Part shown: piece by piece, positions 36,544 to 39,313 of the stretch
Numbering within the stretch: the stretch's first letter is position 1
Layout: every line of letters starts with the position of its first letter
Program-made: the position numbers and the translations under genes
Assembly: GCA_964035575.1 (NCBI GenBank)
Contig: OZ037840.1
Location: 1,860,001 to 1,899,313 of the forward strand
Length of the DNA stretch: 39,313 nt
Direction of reading: 5' to 3'
Source of the DNA: Rhynchopus sp. YZ270_cl-10
Taxonomy: Eukaryota
Notes under the pieces: model-generated
What the model saw: the letters and a program-made list of their open reading frames with translations, nothing else
What the model was told of the DNA's origin: nothing
Databases searched by the model: none

Positions 36544-37004
36544 TGACACTCCGTGACACTTTTCAGAACACTTCTGATACTGATGCCCCTGAAGTTGTAG
36601 AGACCTCAGTCGCTGGAGTGAATACGCTTCTACCCGATGTGAGCAGCTTGCAGGCTACTCACAAAAATATTCTTGGGGATCACATTGCAATGGTGGTGGT
36701 GATGGAGTACCAGAAGAGGGGTCTGCCTCATGCTAATGCAATTCTTTGGAACAACAACAGAACATCACCGAAGAATCCTTTAAATGTGGGTCACATCGTA
36801 CAACTCCCTGGACCAGCACACCCAAACCTCTACAAAGCTTTCAGTCAGTATCTGATGAACAACAGGTGGATGGTTCATTACAATCTTCTCCTGAAATATC
36901 GGCGCCACAGAAACAATGAGGAAGTGCGCGGGGTCCTTGTTGTTAAGTATTTGTTTAAATACTTATTCAAGGGTGAGCCTGTGACAGGTCTATTGATGCA
37001 ATGA
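36543..37004 (+). pseudogene. Internally deleted Helitron Rep fragment (HUH changed to H-A-N), opposite orientation to the main gene
   Basis: KNILGDHIAMVVVMEYQKRGLPHANAILWNNNRTSPKNP...HPNLYKAFSQY|NRWMVHYN...KYLFKYLFKGE aligns to the main Rep. First in-frame ATG at 36690. Confidence 0.85.
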
Positions 37005-37328
37005 TTTGTGTGGTAGAGTTGTGAACATTAAGGATAAAATAAGAAAACAAATAAAAAATAGCGATAAGTGGGGAGATGTCTTTGTGGGCTTGCGGGTTTG
37101 CGGGTTTTTTTGTCTCAGTTAATTTTTGTTTTTGCAAAGGAAATCTCTTGTGATGAAGAAAACATTATTTTTGGGGAGTTTGTTGTTAATTGCATAAAAA
37201 GAAAAGAAAAAAAGAAAAAGAAAAAGATAAAAGTTGAAGTGAAGTTACAATTACTGGCAGTAAAGCAAATAAAAAACTTCAACACCAAAACACAGTTCAA
37301 ATGATCTAAGAAGTGTTTATTTTTCTAT

Positions 37329-37445
37329 TTTAAATTGTTTTTTGTTTGGGTTTGTATTGGATACTTCTTCCCAGCCGGAGAGAAATCTCTTGTGATGAAG
37401 AAAACATTGTTTTTGGGGAGTTTGTTGTTAATTGCATAAAAAAAA
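37329..37445. repeat. Inverted copy of the RepHel 3' flank (20415-20525); partial second copy at ~37138-37200
   Basis: TTCTTCCCAGCCGGAGAGAAATCTCTTGTGATGAAGAAAAC..TTTTTGGGGAGTTTGTTGTT.ATTGCATAAAA is the reverse complement of the 20415-20525 segment. Confidence 0.9.
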
Positions 37446-37716
37446 AGGGAAAAAAAGAAAAAGAGAAAAGGTGTATCTACATTTATCAGAGCAAACCCGC
37501 AAACAAAATAACATATGGGGTGTCACAGTTTTTGTTTTTTTTTATTCATTGTTTTTAGTGCCTGCTTCCGTCAGAGGTGTTTGTCAAAAATGAAATATGT
37601 CAACAAAAACAAAGAACACTTTAAATTTCATTTTTTACTACTAGTAAAGTAATTTTACGCTTCCAAAACACACACACTACCTCAGTCAATCATACACATA
37701 TTCATACACAAAAAAA

Positions 37717-38190
37717 ATGCCCAAAACCCAAAGGCAACAGCTGAAGCACGACATTGACACGTTTTTGGACCTTCCTGTCACAGCTGGCCCTATAGAGCTA
37801 GCCCTGCACAAGGCAGTGGTGGCTGTCCTCTACTGCGGAGGAATTAATGAATCCGTGTGTGCAACACTGCAATCCACTGCAATGACAAGTGACGATTATG
37901 GTGCCACATTCGAGTACAAGATCGGCGGGAAGCAAAAAAGATTCTCAATTCCAGTGGGAACTCCGGCTTACGATGCCGTTCACAACTATGTGAGCGTGCG
38001 TACCGGGTTCAAAAGCCCCTACTTCTTCCTGGAATGTGACGCCACAAAATGCTTTCTGAGAGACAGGAGGATGCCAGTGAAAGCAGTGCGCATGATCCTG
38101 CAAAGAATGGCTGTTACCGTAGGAACTAATCCTGCAGGGTACCGTCTAAGCGACCTCCGCATGATGAGCATGACGCGCAGGCCGTACTAA
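37717..38190 (+). CDS. Degenerate tyrosine-recombinase (Crypton-like) catalytic-domain protein, 157 aa
   Basis: Intact ORF with AAAAAAAATG context. KAVVAVLYCGGINES (Box I-like), KQKRFSIP, NYVSVR..SPYFFL, AVRMILQRMAVTVG and NPAGYRLSDLR (Box II HxxR-like) occur in the right order and spacing, but catalytic residues are altered. Confidence 0.6.
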   Translation: MPKTQRQQLKHDIDTFLDLPVTAGPIELALHKAVVAVLYCGGINESVCATLQSTAMTSDDYGATFEYKIGGKQKRFSIPVGTPAYDAVHNYVSVRTGFKSPYFFLECDATKCFLRDRRMPVKAVRMILQRMAVTVGTNPAGYRLSDLRMMSMTRRPY

Positions 38191-38673
38191 ATATTTTTTT
38201 CTACCATGTCATCTCTCTCTTTAAATAAAAGAAATAACAATACGTTTGTGGGGTGTGGGTTTCTAGGGTTTCGGGTTTTTTCGTAGTAGTAGTATTTTAA
38301 AGTGTCTTCAATATTTTGGTAGTAGTAGTATTTTAAATCGTCTTGAATTTTTTGGTAGTGGTAGTATGCAGGTATTTTAAAACATCTTCAATCCGAAAAA
38401 AAAGAGCAATAAAAACAAAACAAAAAAAAAGAGAAAAATGTCACAACAAAAACAAAGAAAAGAATCTATATATTTTTTTCCTTTTTTACAAAACATTTTA
38501 CCCCTCCCAAATGACACACATCACAACAGAGTAGTAACAATATGTTAGAGTAAAATGAAATGGAAAAGGTGAGACAGCATATTAGATAGTTGTAATCTAA
38601 CATAATTACGCTTCAGGCACACCAGCCTGCTATCACACACACCAGCTAGATAACGATGGTTGCTCACTTCTCG

Positions 38674-39313
38674 TGCGGGTTTGCGGGTTTGCGGGTTTGC
38701 GGGTTTGCGGGTTTGCGGGTTTGCGGGTTTGCGGGTTTGCGGGTTTGCGGGTTTGCGGGTTTGCGGGTTTGCGGGTTTGCGGGTTTGCGGGTTTGCGGGT
38801 TTGCGGGTTTGCGGGTTTGCGGGTTTGCGGGTTTGCGGGTTTGCGGGTTTGCGGGTTTGCGGGTTTGCGGGTTTGCGGGTTTGCGGGTTTGCGGGTTTGC
38901 GGGTCTGCGGGTTTGCGGGTTTGCGGGTTTGCGGGTTTGCGGGTTTGCGGGTTTGCGGGTTTGCGGGTTTGCGGGTTTGCGGGTTTGCGGGTTTGCGGGT
39001 TTGCGGGTTTGCGGGTTTACGGGTTTGCGGGTTTGCGGGTTTACGGGTTTGCGGGTTTGCGGGTTTGCGGGTTTGCGGGTTTGCGGGTTTGCGGGTTTGC
39101 GGGTTTGCGGGTTTGCGGGTTTGCGGGTTTGCGGGTTTGCGGGTTTACGGGTTTGCGGGTTTGCGGGTTTGCGGGTTTGCGGGTTTGCGGGTTTGCGGGT
39201 TTGCGGGTTTGCGGGTTTGCGGGTTTGCGGGTTTGCGGGTTTGCGGGTTTGCGGGTTTGCGGGTTTGCGGGTTTGCGGGTTTGCGGGTTTGCGGGTTTGC
39301 GGGTTTGCGGGTT
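38674..39313 (+). repeat. (TGCGGGTT)80 array running off the window end; candidate telomere
   Basis: The G-rich strand runs 5'->3' toward the end, with rare TACGGGTT and CTGCGGGT variants. The repeat is certain; telomere function is inferred. Confidence 0.9.

Noticed and set aside
37634..37648. TTTACTA-C-TAGTAAA palindrome containing CTAG|T as the 3' end of the plus-strand mini-Helitron
   Set aside because: AT-rich, with no upstream GC hairpin and no second copy to confirm the boundary.

Overview
Eukaryotic, repeat-dominated window that looks subtelomeric. Short GTATG..CAG introns, donor-less acceptor-like sites before genes and the 25-aa LRR type suggest a euglenozoan-like protist (inference only). 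The main feature is a canonical Helitron Rep/PIF1-helicase gene on the minus strand (27932-20561). Three small introns, whose junctions I checked by hand and found in frame, fuse it to a C-terminal OTU cysteine-protease domain (about 2404 aa). A spliced coiled-coil/C2H2 zinc-finger gene lies directly upstream. A second, diverged head of the same cassette (8872-11100) is cut by a 200-N gap. Both cassettes start at a conserved leader that runs into telomere-like (TTGCGGGT)n arrays. The same leader plus array punctuates four 1.5-3 kb macro-repeats that contain a ~348-bp satellite. To the right lie a 5.6-kb composite (CTGCGGGT)n/TG1-3-like array, a 10-bp minisatellite, an inverted HUH-dead mini-Rep, a degenerate Crypton-like tyrosine recombinase ORF, and 80 octamer repeats running off the window end. 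Left of the gap are a ubiquitin-like/LRR gene, a MITE-like element, a Cys-rich ORF and a ~766-bp non-autonomous element with asymmetric inverted repeats. All protein calls come from motif recognition by eye; no searches were run.
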